The position numbers were made by a program, and so were the translations under genes. This document shows, piece after piece, positions 26,858-33,822 of a stretch of DNA of 37,403 nucleotides. Position 1 is the first letter of the stretch. Every line of letters begins with the position of its first letter. The notes beneath the pieces are model-generated. The model searched no databases, was not told the DNA's origin, and saw only the letters and a program-made list of their open reading frames with translations. Source of the stretch: Thermoplasmata archaeon (lineage in GTDB: Archaea; Thermoplasmatota; Thermoplasmata; Lutacidiplasmatales; UBA184); contig JASHTI010000076.1 in the NCBI GenBank assembly GCA_030040625.1, forward strand, positions 1 through 37,403. The letters are read 5' to 3'.

Positions 26858-28375
26858 TTGGCAGGTCCGGAGCCACTCGAGTGGGACGGCCCGGTCGCCC
26901 CACCCGACGCCCCCCCGCTCTCCTCGACCCGGGAGGCCGGGATCATCCTCGCGCTCCTGCTCGGGCTCCTCCTTGGCGCCCTCGATAATTTCATCGTCGC
27001 GACGGCCCTCCCGAACATCGCGGAGGACCTGCACGACGTATCGGGGCAGGTCTTCGTCGTCACGGGCTACCTCATCGCGCAGACGGTGGCCATTCCGATC
27101 TTCGGCAAGCTCTCGGACCGGTTCGGGCGCCGGTCGTTCTACCTGTTCGGGCTGAGCATCTTCCTGGTCGGCTCCGTCCTCTCCGGGTTGAGTCAGAATC
27201 TCAACGAGCTGATCGCCTTCCGGGCCGTCCAGGGCCTGGGAAGCGGGGCGTTCTTCACGGTCGTCTTTTCGATCATCGCGGACATCTTTCCCCCGAAGCT
27301 CGCCGCCCGGCTGGTCGGCATCCTTTCCGGGGTCTTCGGGGTCGCCATCGTGGCCGGCCCCCTGATCGGCAGCGCGATCATCGACGCGACGACCTGGCGC
27401 TGGATCTTCTTCGTCAACCTGCCCGTCGGCGGCTTCGCCATCGCCCTCGTCCTCGCCACCATGGGTCCGATGCGGCCGTCGACGAACGTTGCGCACCCGT
27501 TCGACGCCCTCGGGGCCGCCCTCATGGCGACCTGGGTGGGCACGCTCGTCTTCGCCCTGGTCGAGGTCTCGAGCGGGTGGGCCTGGACGGACCCCCGCAC
27601 GATCGCTCTCCTCGGAGTCGCGCTCGTCGTCCTCCCCTTCTCCCTCTGGCAGGAGTGGCGCGCGGCGGACCCCCTGCTCCCGCTGCGGTATTTCCGAATA
27701 CGACTGGTCGCCGCTTCGAGCGGGGTGAATTTCCTCCGGGGAGCGGTGCTGGTCGTGGTCGTCACCTTCGTTCCGATCATGGTCGTGGACGGCTTCGGAG
27801 GCTCGGTCAACCTGAGCCGGGACGTGCTCTACGCGATGATGGTCCCGATGGTCATCGGGGCCGCGGTGAGCGGACCTCTCGTCACGCGATTCGGCTACCG
27901 GGCCCCGCTGGTCATCGGCCTGATCCTCGCCATCATCGGGACGTACCTGCTGACCCAGGTTCCGACGGAGCCTCCCGTGCTCCGGACGAGCGATGGGTTC
28001 ATCCCTCTCGGTCTGGCCGGAGCCCTGATCCCGGTCGGCTGGGGTGTCGGGATGACCTTCGCACCCACGCAACTGGCGATCCAGTACAGCGTCTCGAAGG
28101 ACGACCTGGGCGCGGGCACCTCGCTGGTGTGGTTCCTCTCGAACCTCGGAGGGGCGATCGTCGGTTCGCTCCTCGGCGCCTACCAGCTCGGGGTCTTCAA
28201 GTCCCTCGACCTCCCGTTCCCGGAGGCGTTCGCTGTCTCCATCCGGAATGTCTGGTGGGCCCTGGTTCCTATCGCGATCCTGGGTCTGCTCTTCGCCCTC
28301 GTCGTCTCCGGGCAACTGCCGACGACGGCGGGCGAGGACGGAGATTCTCCAGCGTCACCCGCTCTGATGGGCTGA
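26858..28375 (+). CDS. MFS transporter (DHA2/EmrB-like, about 14 TM)
   Basis: LDNFIVATALPNIAEDL, GKLSDRFGRRSFYLFGLSIFLVGSVLSGLSQNLNELIAFRAVQGLGSGA. The only in-frame start before TM1 is TTG at 26858, so the start is uncertain. Confidence 0.8.
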   Translation: MAGPEPLEWDGPVAPPDAPPLSSTREAGIILALLLGLLLGALDNFIVATALPNIAEDLHDVSGQVFVVTGYLIAQTVAIPIFGKLSDRFGRRSFYLFGLSIFLVGSVLSGLSQNLNELIAFRAVQGLGSGAFFTVVFSIIADIFPPKLAARLVGILSGVFGVAIVAGPLIGSAIIDATTWRWIFFVNLPVGGFAIALVLATMGPMRPSTNVAHPFDALGAALMATWVGTLVFALVEVSSGWAWTDPRTIALLGVALVVLPFSLWQEWRAADPLLPLRYFRIRLVAASSGVNFLRGAVLVVVVTFVPIMVVDGFGGSVNLSRDVLYAMMVPMVIGAAVSGPLVTRFGYRAPLVIGLILAIIGTYLLTQVPTEPPVLRTSDGFIPLGLAGALIPVGWGVGMTFAPTQLAIQYSVSKDDLGAGTSLVWFLSNLGGAIVGSLLGAYQLGVFKSLDLPFPEAFAVSIRNVWWALVPIAILGLLFALVVSGQLPTTAGEDGDSPASPALMG

Positions 28376-28616
28376 CCCGCGCGATCCGCGCATGTCGCAA
28401 CGCCGGCCCTGAGCCGAGATGCTCCCTCCACTTGCCCGCCGCCTTCCTTAGATTCGCGCCGCGGGCCGAGAGATCTGGAAGAGGTTCGCGACCGTGTACG
28501 CCCTCCGTGCCGGGCTCGAGGTAGCGTCGGCGCCATCGCCGACGGGGGGTCGGCCGCCCGCTCGGGACCTGGCCCGAGCCTAGGAAGGCTTAGTTCGACG
28601 CGTCGCTCCATCGACC

Positions 28617-29456
28617 ATGGCGCCGAGAAGGATTCGCCGTCGCGCCGGCGGCAAGTCCGAGCCGTACCGATCTACGAACCGCGTCTCGTGGGACCGGACC
28701 GCACGCTGGTACGAGGCCCACTGCCAACGGGATCTGGGACGTCACGGGGGTGAGGCCTGGGGGCTGTTCCGTGTTCCGGAGCGCGAGCTTCAGCTCCTGG
28801 GCGCGGTCCGCGGGCGTGACGCCCTCGAACTCGGCTGCGGGGCTGCATGGTGGTCGATCGCTCTCGCACGGAGGGGCGCGAGGGTAGTGGGTCTCGACTT
28901 CTCGCCCGTCCGACTCGCCCAAGCTAGGACGAAGATGGACGCCGCCGGTGTCGACTTCCCCTTGGTCGCGGCGCCGGCAGAGGCGATCCCGTTCCCGGAA
29001 GCGAGCTTCGACCTCGTTCTCTCCGACTACGGGGCCACGACGTTCGCGGACCCGTTCCGGGTCACCCCCGAGGTTGCCCGGGTACTACGTCCTGGGGGGA
29101 TCTTTGTCTTCGCACACGCGAGCCCGTTCCGTTCCATCGCCGAGACGCTGGCACGTCGCGGAATGACGCGTCGACTCGTCCGAGACTACTTTGGACTCCA
29201 CCGCCTCCGCATCACGGACACCATTGAGTTCCAGCTGACCTACTCGCAATGGTTCCGCGTCTTCGAGGAGAGCGGGTTCGTCGTCGAACGTCTTGTCGAA
29301 CCGACGGCCCCGAAGCGCCCGATCAGCAGCTATCTGTCGATGCGGGACCAGGAGTGGGCCCGCCACTGGCCGATCGAGGCGATCTGGAAACTGCGGAGGC
29401 GGGTCCCAAGCGGAAGTCTCGGCAAGACTCGGGACCGATCGCGCCGGCCGAAGTGA
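28617..29456 (+). CDS. Class I SAM-dependent methyltransferase
   Basis: ALELGCGAAWWSIALARRGARVVGLDFS, FDLVLSDYG, LRPGGIFVF. Confidence 0.8.
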   Translation: MAPRRIRRRAGGKSEPYRSTNRVSWDRTARWYEAHCQRDLGRHGGEAWGLFRVPERELQLLGAVRGRDALELGCGAAWWSIALARRGARVVGLDFSPVRLAQARTKMDAAGVDFPLVAAPAEAIPFPEASFDLVLSDYGATTFADPFRVTPEVARVLRPGGIFVFAHASPFRSIAETLARRGMTRRLVRDYFGLHRLRITDTIEFQLTYSQWFRVFEESGFVVERLVEPTAPKRPISSYLSMRDQEWARHWPIEAIWKLRRRVPSGSLGKTRDRSRRPK

Positions 29457-29643
29457 CGCGCACCCGCGCTCCGGGACACCGATGCTCGGCACGGTGCCCC
29501 GACAGGTCCACCCGTCGGTCCCAAGACGCCTGCTGACGGTGTTTAGGGTACCGGGCCGAGCCGCGGAGCCCGAGAACCTCCGGCCAAGGAGCGCCGGTGC
29601 GGGCCCGACCCGGTGCGCCCGCTAGCGGCAGAGCCCCGAATGT

Positions 29644-29674
29644 GATATAGTGTGGTTACATGTAGGTCATGTAG
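29644..29674 (+). promoter_or_regulatory. Putative vapBC promoter/operator: TATA-like gatatag plus two direct catgtag repeats
   Basis: gatatag lies at 29644..29650, 30-36 nt before the ATG at 29680. catgtag occurs at 29659..29665 and 29668..29674 (9-nt register). The first copy lies within the palindrome acatgt. Confidence 0.4.
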
Positions 29675-29679
29675 CCATC

Positions 29680-29931
29680 ATGGCATCAAAGACCGTCGCT
29701 CTGGACCTGGAAGCGTACGACCTGCTGAAGCGGCAGAAGCGGTCGGACGAGAGCTTCAGCGATGCGGTGAAACGTCTAGCCCGCCCCCGTCGCCCTATCT
29801 CCGATTTCGCAGGTCTGTGGGGCGATCTGTCGGCCACCGAGCGCCGAGCCCTGGACGAGGCGTACAAGGACCTACGGGCCGCGGATCAGCGGCGCGCCGA
29901 TCGCATACGCGACCACTGGCGTGAGCGATGA
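29680..29931 (+). CDS. vapB: VapB-type antitoxin (archaeal DUF217/UPF0330-style)
   Basis: ATG at 29680. KTVALDLEAYDLLKRQKRSDESFSDAVKRLA matches the KTIxIxxEvYexLxxxKxxxESFSDvI pattern. Its stop overlaps the vapC start. Confidence 0.75.
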   Translation: MASKTVALDLEAYDLLKRQKRSDESFSDAVKRLARPRRPISDFAGLWGDLSATERRALDEAYKDLRAADQRRADRIRDHWRER

Positions 29932-30314
29932 AGTGTCTCGACTCGACGTTCTGCATTGACCTGCTCAAGGGACTCCCGGAGGCCCGGGCTCGGGCCGAGG
30001 AGCTTGTCCGCGAAGGAGAGCGGCTGGCAATCGCGGCGCCGGCGTTGACCGAGGTGCTCGTGGGCGCCTTTCGACAGGGTGGTCGACGCCTGGCTCAGTC
30101 CCTTGATTTCGTCGCGCAGCTGGAAGTCCTAGGCGTCAACGAAGACATCGCCCTGGAGGCGGCACGGGTAGGGGGCGAGTGCCTCCGACGGGGCGAGGCG
30201 GTGGGCACCACGGATCTGTTGATCGCCGCAACTGCGAAGCAGCACCACGCCCACCTAGTTAGTAGAGATCGAGACTTCGCACGCGTTCCCGGGCTCATCC
30301 TCGAGACCTACTAG
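29928..30314 (+). CDS. vapC: PIN-domain ribonuclease toxin VapC
   Basis: ATGA overlap with vapB at 29928..29931. Acidic quartet: D5 (CLDSTF), E in LTEVLVG, D in TTDLLIAATA, D in SRDRDF. Confidence 0.85.
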   Translation: MKCLDSTFCIDLLKGLPEARARAEELVREGERLAIAAPALTEVLVGAFRQGGRRLAQSLDFVAQLEVLGVNEDIALEAARVGGECLRRGEAVGTTDLLIAATAKQHHAHLVSRDRDFARVPGLILETY

Positions 30315-30462
30315 CGACTCGAAGTGGGTGACCGGCTGCCTGCGCCCTCGAGTTACCCCCGCCGCCCGGAGGGATGCTACACTGCCTGGCTAGCGGCGGG
30401 ATCAAGCCCCCCCTGGGGGGCACCCGCCGAAGCCGCGGCAACCTCCATGTACGTCTCGACTA

Positions 30463-30867
30463 GTGATGGCAATGATGGGAACCCGCGACATCTACACCAG
30501 CATTCCAGTCCACCAATCGACCCTGCGCGCATTACGGCCCGTCAAATCTGCTGGCCAAACATGGGACGATCTATTGATGGCACTAGCGGACGACTACCTC
30601 TCCCCGGCGCTGAAGCGCGGACTTGACCGTCGGTCGTCGACGGAGGACATCGTGCCCGGGACCGCCATGAAACGCGAGTACAACTCGTGGAGACGCGAGC
30701 GTGGCAAGCCGTCGCGCCGGCGACGGGCCAGATTTCACCCGGACAGCGAGCCTTCAGTTCTGGGCGCTGCCAGCCTCGGCGATCGAAGCGTTTGCCGCCG
30801 CGTTCGTAGAGCTCACCCCGTACCCGGAGCGGCATTCGCCCACCCTCGACGTCTTCCCGATCCGTAA
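30463..30867 (+). CDS. Antitoxin-like small protein upstream of the RelE/ParE toxin; 3' end doubtful
   Basis: The N-terminal part IYTSIPVHQSTLRALRPVKSAGQTWDDLLMALADDY has the same style as archaeal ribbon-type antitoxins. Start options are 30463 (GTG) and 30466/30472/30475 (ATG). After about residue 80 the ORF becomes R/P-rich and overlaps the toxin out of frame. Confidence 0.45.
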   Translation: MMAMMGTRDIYTSIPVHQSTLRALRPVKSAGQTWDDLLMALADDYLSPALKRGLDRRSSTEDIVPGTAMKREYNSWRRERGKPSRRRRARFHPDSEPSVLGAASLGDRSVCRRVRRAHPVPGAAFAHPRRLPDP

Positions 30868-31009
30868 CGATCCCGTTCGTTGGAGGCTGAAGGCTGTCGG
30901 TTACCGCGCGATATACCAGATTCGACCGGGCCGGGCGGTGATCGAGGCCATTCTACCCCGAACGGAATGGACCTACGAGGACTTCGAAGCACACCGCAAG
31001 CGACCCTGA
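30701..31009 (+). CDS. RelE/ParE-superfamily toxin
   Basis: DFTRTASLQFWALPASAIEAFAAAFVELTPYPE ... RWRLKAVGYRAIYQIRPGRAVIEAILPRTE matches the RelE/ParE pattern (ft..A.kql..L, yR.rvG.yRviY.i......v..v..R). GTG start; this frame is closed by a TGA at 30668..30670. Confidence 0.7.
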   Translation: MASRRAGDGPDFTRTASLQFWALPASAIEAFAAAFVELTPYPERHSPTLDVFPIRNDPVRWRLKAVGYRAIYQIRPGRAVIEAILPRTEWTYEDFEAHRKRP

Positions 31010-31168
31010 AGGCACCGAGTCCCAATACAAGGATCCCCGACGGGACCGGCTCAGGGGGTTGTGTCGACCCCGCTAGTGGTGCAAGGCTGCATGCCGCCAC
31101 AGAGAGGGAATCTCCGCCATCCCCCGAGCCTGCTGCGTCCTGACCGGGGAGGTAGGGGCCCGCGGCGC

Positions 31169-31693
31169 CTAGGCGACTATCTCGCGAACCACCATCGGCT
31201 TCTGGTCGGCCATGTCGAGGAGCGGTGAGCATGTCAGGAGGGCACGGTCGTTCGTGAAGAGAACCTCACAATCACGGCACGCCACAGCAGACGCTGCAAC
31301 CAACGAATCCGTGAGCGCGAGATGCGAGTCGGCTCGCCGCAGGCTTCGCGCAATGCCCAGCGTGTCGTCACCCCCATGATCGCCCAACCCGCAGAGTTGG
31401 ATGCGTCGGTCTCGGACAGCGACCAGCAGGCGTCGGGAGGCGTCATCCGCTAGGCTAGCTGCGAGGGATGACTCGGCAGCATCGCGAGCGATTGTGAGGA
31501 AGACTTCCCCGATAACAATCTGGCTTATCGTCGGCGGGTGGCTGGCCCCGTGTCGGAAGAACAGTGTACGAGCGGCTCGGAGTATGTCCGGATCCGCGTC
31601 CCAATTCAGGAGGAACGGGCGCGCGTAGCAACTGTCTACGTGTGCCCAATGAGTTCCTTGTGACTGCTTAGGAATGCTCGAACCTCCTTCCAA
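31169..31693 (-). CDS. PIN-domain nuclease, putative toxin partner of the upstream Panacea-like protein
   Basis: Acidic residues in HVDSCY, VIGEVF, LTDSLVAASAVA and FTNDRAL. The only canonical start upstream of the first Asp is TTG at 31693, which overlaps the upstream gene by 58 nt. Confidence 0.65.
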   Translation of the reverse strand: MEGGSSIPKQSQGTHWAHVDSCYARPFLLNWDADPDILRAARTLFFRHGASHPPTISQIVIGEVFLTIARDAAESSLAASLADDASRRLLVAVRDRRIQLCGLGDHGGDDTLGIARSLRRADSHLALTDSLVAASAVACRDCEVLFTNDRALLTCSPLLDMADQKPMVVREIVA

Positions 31694-32145
31694 GTGGGTT
31701 CGCTCAGGTGGGGTTTGATTGACTTAGCCCAAGCTAGCGCTGTCTGCACGTCGCCGCGGGAGGTGACCCCGTCCACCACGGTTGTAAGGCCCTCCAAGAA
31801 CTCGGGCCCCCGGGCCATGGCAGACGCAACCGTGTCCAGAGTCGACGGACTCAAATCGGCGGCCGGAGAGGCCGATCTCAAGCCCGCGTCTCCCAGCGCG
31901 TAGTAAAGTTCGGCCAGGTCCGGGGAGTATGGACCGTTGAGGTACATGTTGTAGCTAAGCCGGGCCGCCGCCGGGTAGCCCAGCTTTCGCAGCAGATAGA
32001 CTGCTTTCTGGATCTCGAATCGTCCGGGTTTCGAGGTCATTGAGAATGGACGCCCGGTTTTCGCGGAGAGCGCACTCAGGGCCCGAGCAATAGCTCGGCG
32101 CTGCTTCTGGAACGTAATCGGCTCCGCCGTCATCCCCAAGGTCAT
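31636..32145 (-). CDS. Panacea/SocA (DUF4065)-like putative antitoxin
   Basis: ATG at 32145, preceded by GAGGTG 5 nt upstream. FEIQKAVYLLRKLGYP...YNMYLNGPYSPDLAELYYAL resembles the DUF4065 core (LQKLLYxA...W.YGPV.P.VY). Called from memory, not a search. Confidence 0.5.
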   Translation of the reverse strand: MTLGMTAEPITFQKQRRAIARALSALSAKTGRPFSMTSKPGRFEIQKAVYLLRKLGYPAAARLSYNMYLNGPYSPDLAELYYALGDAGLRSASPAADLSPSTLDTVASAMARGPEFLEGLTTVVDGVTSRGDVQTALAWAKSIKPHLSEPTWKEVRAFLSSHKELIGHT

Positions 32146-32346
32146 CTCGGCACCTCTATCTGAGTTAGACCCCCCGCCCCCCCGATAGCCTCGCGTCTTG
32201 CAGTGGCTGCCCAAGGCGGGGCTGACCGAGCGACACTCAGATGGACCAACAATCCTGTGGCTGGCGGTCCCTGGTCCAGGCCGGCAGAGTCGAAGGCTTG
32301 GTCCCCCATAGAGAAGTTGTGACTTCGCAGATTGGCGGCGCCTAGA

Positions 32347-32529
32347 CTAGGAGTCGCGGAAAACGGAACCGAGAATCACAAGCAGGGCCCCGAATAGCGC
32401 AAGGCCTGCGTACAGCTCGATCGCAGCCCCGTATATACCCGGTACAAACAGCAGATGCCACCACCCGTACAACTCCATCAGCACCCCCAGGGTGATAGCC
32501 GACAACGATGCAACTGGCAGGTCTGTCAT
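32347..32529 (-). CDS. 60-aa two-TM membrane protein translationally coupled to the HNH gene
   Basis: ATG at 32529 lies 2 nt after the HNH TAA stop (TAA-GG-ATG on the minus strand). Two hydrophobic helices: SLSAITLGVLMELYGWWHLLF and AAIELYAGLALFGALLVILGSVF. Confidence 0.6.
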   Translation of the reverse strand: MTDLPVASLSAITLGVLMELYGWWHLLFVPGIYGAAIELYAGLALFGALLVILGSVFRDS

Positions 32530-32531
32530 CC

Positions 32532-32786
32532 TTACCTCGCGCAGCCACAATAGCTGCAGTGGTCGGTGTCGCCTTTTGCACGGTTGCAGGGAATACACAT
32601 AGGTTGGAGGTTGCGAAGATTCTGACTTCCGCCCCGCGAGGCTGGCACCCGATGGTCAACCTCCCAGGCGCCCCGGCTTCCGAAGCTGCCGTAGTTAGAG
32701 TAGCTCAACTGCTTCCCGCAGCATGCGCACTCGCCGCGGCCATACTCGAATATCTCGGAGAGCCGATCCTCGCTGTAACCTGGCAT
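32532..32786 (-). CDS. Small (84 aa) HNH endonuclease with a Cys-rich zinc-finger frame
   Basis: Trimmed to ATG 32786. GECACCGKQL ... WEVDHRVPASRGGSQNLRNLQPMCIPCNRAKGD is a canonical HNH (H-N-N plus CxxC pairs). The C-terminal tail is HCSYCGCAR. Confidence 0.8.
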   Translation of the reverse strand: MPGYSEDRLSEIFEYGRGECACCGKQLSYSNYGSFGSRGAWEVDHRVPASRGGSQNLRNLQPMCIPCNRAKGDTDHCSYCGCAR

Positions 32787-32831
32787 CGCCTCGGTGAACT
32801 CCGGGCCCGCCTTCGAGAACGAAGTGCGATA

Positions 32832-32837
32832 TTTATA
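32832..32837. promoter_or_regulatory. TATA box (tttata / tataaa) in the 90-nt divergent spacer between the HNH operon and the regulator
   Basis: 32821..32880 has only 23 G+C of 60 by my count. tttata lies 40-45 nt before the GTG at 32877 and about 46-51 nt before the ATG at 32786 on the other strand. Confidence 0.5.
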
Positions 32838-32860
32838 GTACGTCAGCTTAATAGGCTGAG

Positions 32861-32876
32861 TTACCAGTATTGGTAA
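32861..32876 (+). promoter_or_regulatory. 16-bp palindrome TTACCA-GTAT-TGGTAA abutting the regulator start codon; candidate operator
   Basis: Read directly. The perfect 6-bp arms end 1 nt before the GTG at 32877 and sit downstream of the TATA box, where an archaeal repressor would block TBP/TFB/RNAP recruitment or initiation. Confidence 0.5.
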
Positions 32877-33689
32877 GTGTTGGAGCAAACACACCCGCCC
32901 GTCCGCGTCGAGGTGGCGCCGGTCGGGTATTATGTCGACCGAGTGGTGGAGCCGATAACCCGCCACGAGGCAGATCGCATCTACCTCGTACGAGCGCGGG
33001 ACGATTCCGAGGACCGTGCTGCACCCTTTCGTGAGAAGGTCATCAAGCAGCTACGGGCCTGGCGACCCAGCGTTGAGGTCCGTGTGGTAAAGACGGACCT
33101 CTGGACCCTCGAAACCGCTGTGGAGACGTTCTCGGCGATTATAAGAAGTGAGGTACAAGCCGGCAATTCCGTCTGGGTGAACTTGTCGACTGGAAGCAAG
33201 CTGGAGGCCGTCGCCGCGGCCCTAGCCTGCATGGGGAACGGGGGGGTTCCGTACTACGTTCGCATGCGGAGCTACGAGCGATCGGAGCCGCCCAAACCCT
33301 TGGCAAGCGGCGTCGCTTCAATCGATACGGTGCCTACCTTCGGATTAGCCGCGCCGTCCGAGGCTGGGCTTCAGCTGCTCAGCCTGTTGGCGGAGAATCT
33401 AACGGGGCTCTCGAAGAAGGATCTGATACGCGGTATCGAGGAACTGGGTCTCTTCCCCCCGGAGATTGCAAACAGGACAGTCCAGGCTCGATACGCCCGG
33501 TTGCAGGCTATCCTAGACCGTCTAGCGGAGCCACCCGGCCTAGTGGAGCTGGAGGGCCGGAGGCGTGCGGGTCGAGTCAGGATTACAGCGCGGGGTCGCC
33601 TTGCTTTGCGCATATTCCACCCGCGCCTTGGCTTGGCCGACCCTCTCCAGCCCCACGCGGCCGCCTCCGATCCGCTCTCACGGCAGTAA
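32877..33689 (+). CDS. HFX_2341-like (DUF6293) regulator: Rossmann-like N-terminal domain plus C-terminal winged helix; distantly Csa3/CARF-like
   Basis: VRVEVAPVGYYVDRVVEPI...ADRIYLVRA...SVWVNLSTGSKLEAVAAALAC follows the HFX_2341/Csa3 N-domain layout (hIvpvGf..dRv...., vyLl, vwvNvs.G.k). The C-terminal LSKKDLIRGIEEL...RLQAILDRLAEPPGLVELEGRRRAGRVRITARG looks like a wHTH. GTG start; TTG at 32880 is also possible. Confidence 0.6.
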   Translation: MLEQTHPPVRVEVAPVGYYVDRVVEPITRHEADRIYLVRARDDSEDRAAPFREKVIKQLRAWRPSVEVRVVKTDLWTLETAVETFSAIIRSEVQAGNSVWVNLSTGSKLEAVAAALACMGNGGVPYYVRMRSYERSEPPKPLASGVASIDTVPTFGLAAPSEAGLQLLSLLAENLTGLSKKDLIRGIEELGLFPPEIANRTVQARYARLQAILDRLAEPPGLVELEGRRRAGRVRITARGRLALRIFHPRLGLADPLQPHAAASDPLSRQ

Positions 33690-33822
33690 CCGGTGTCGGG
33701 CACGGGACCAGAGTGGCGCTGGCCGTCGCCATCCTCCGGCGCCCCGGACTGCCGGAAGCTCGAGCGCCGCCGGGCGGTGGGGGTTGAATGGCCCTTGCAC
33801 CCCGGAGCCGATTGACACAACC

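Noticed and set aside
32532-32966. The full 144-aa version of the HNH ORF. The same question applies to the long N-terminal extensions of 6305..7489, 7125..8126, 18322..18918, 20433..21050, 22003..22335, 23176..23886 and 34771..35670.
   Set aside because: The extensions cross divergent promoters or neighbouring genes and lack family-like sequence. Internal ATG codons coincide with the start of the recognisable domain, so I used those.
24800-33689. The idea that the class III cyclases produce a nucleotide signal sensed by the CARF/Csa3-like domain of the 32877..33689 regulator.
   Set aside because: This is attractive but unsupported. Class III cyclases make cAMP/cGMP, whereas known CARF ligands are cyclic oligoadenylates from Cas10/CD-NTase-type enzymes. 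The genes are at least 2 kb apart in separate transcription units, and HFX_2341-type domains have no known ligand. It is kept only as a remote hypothesis.
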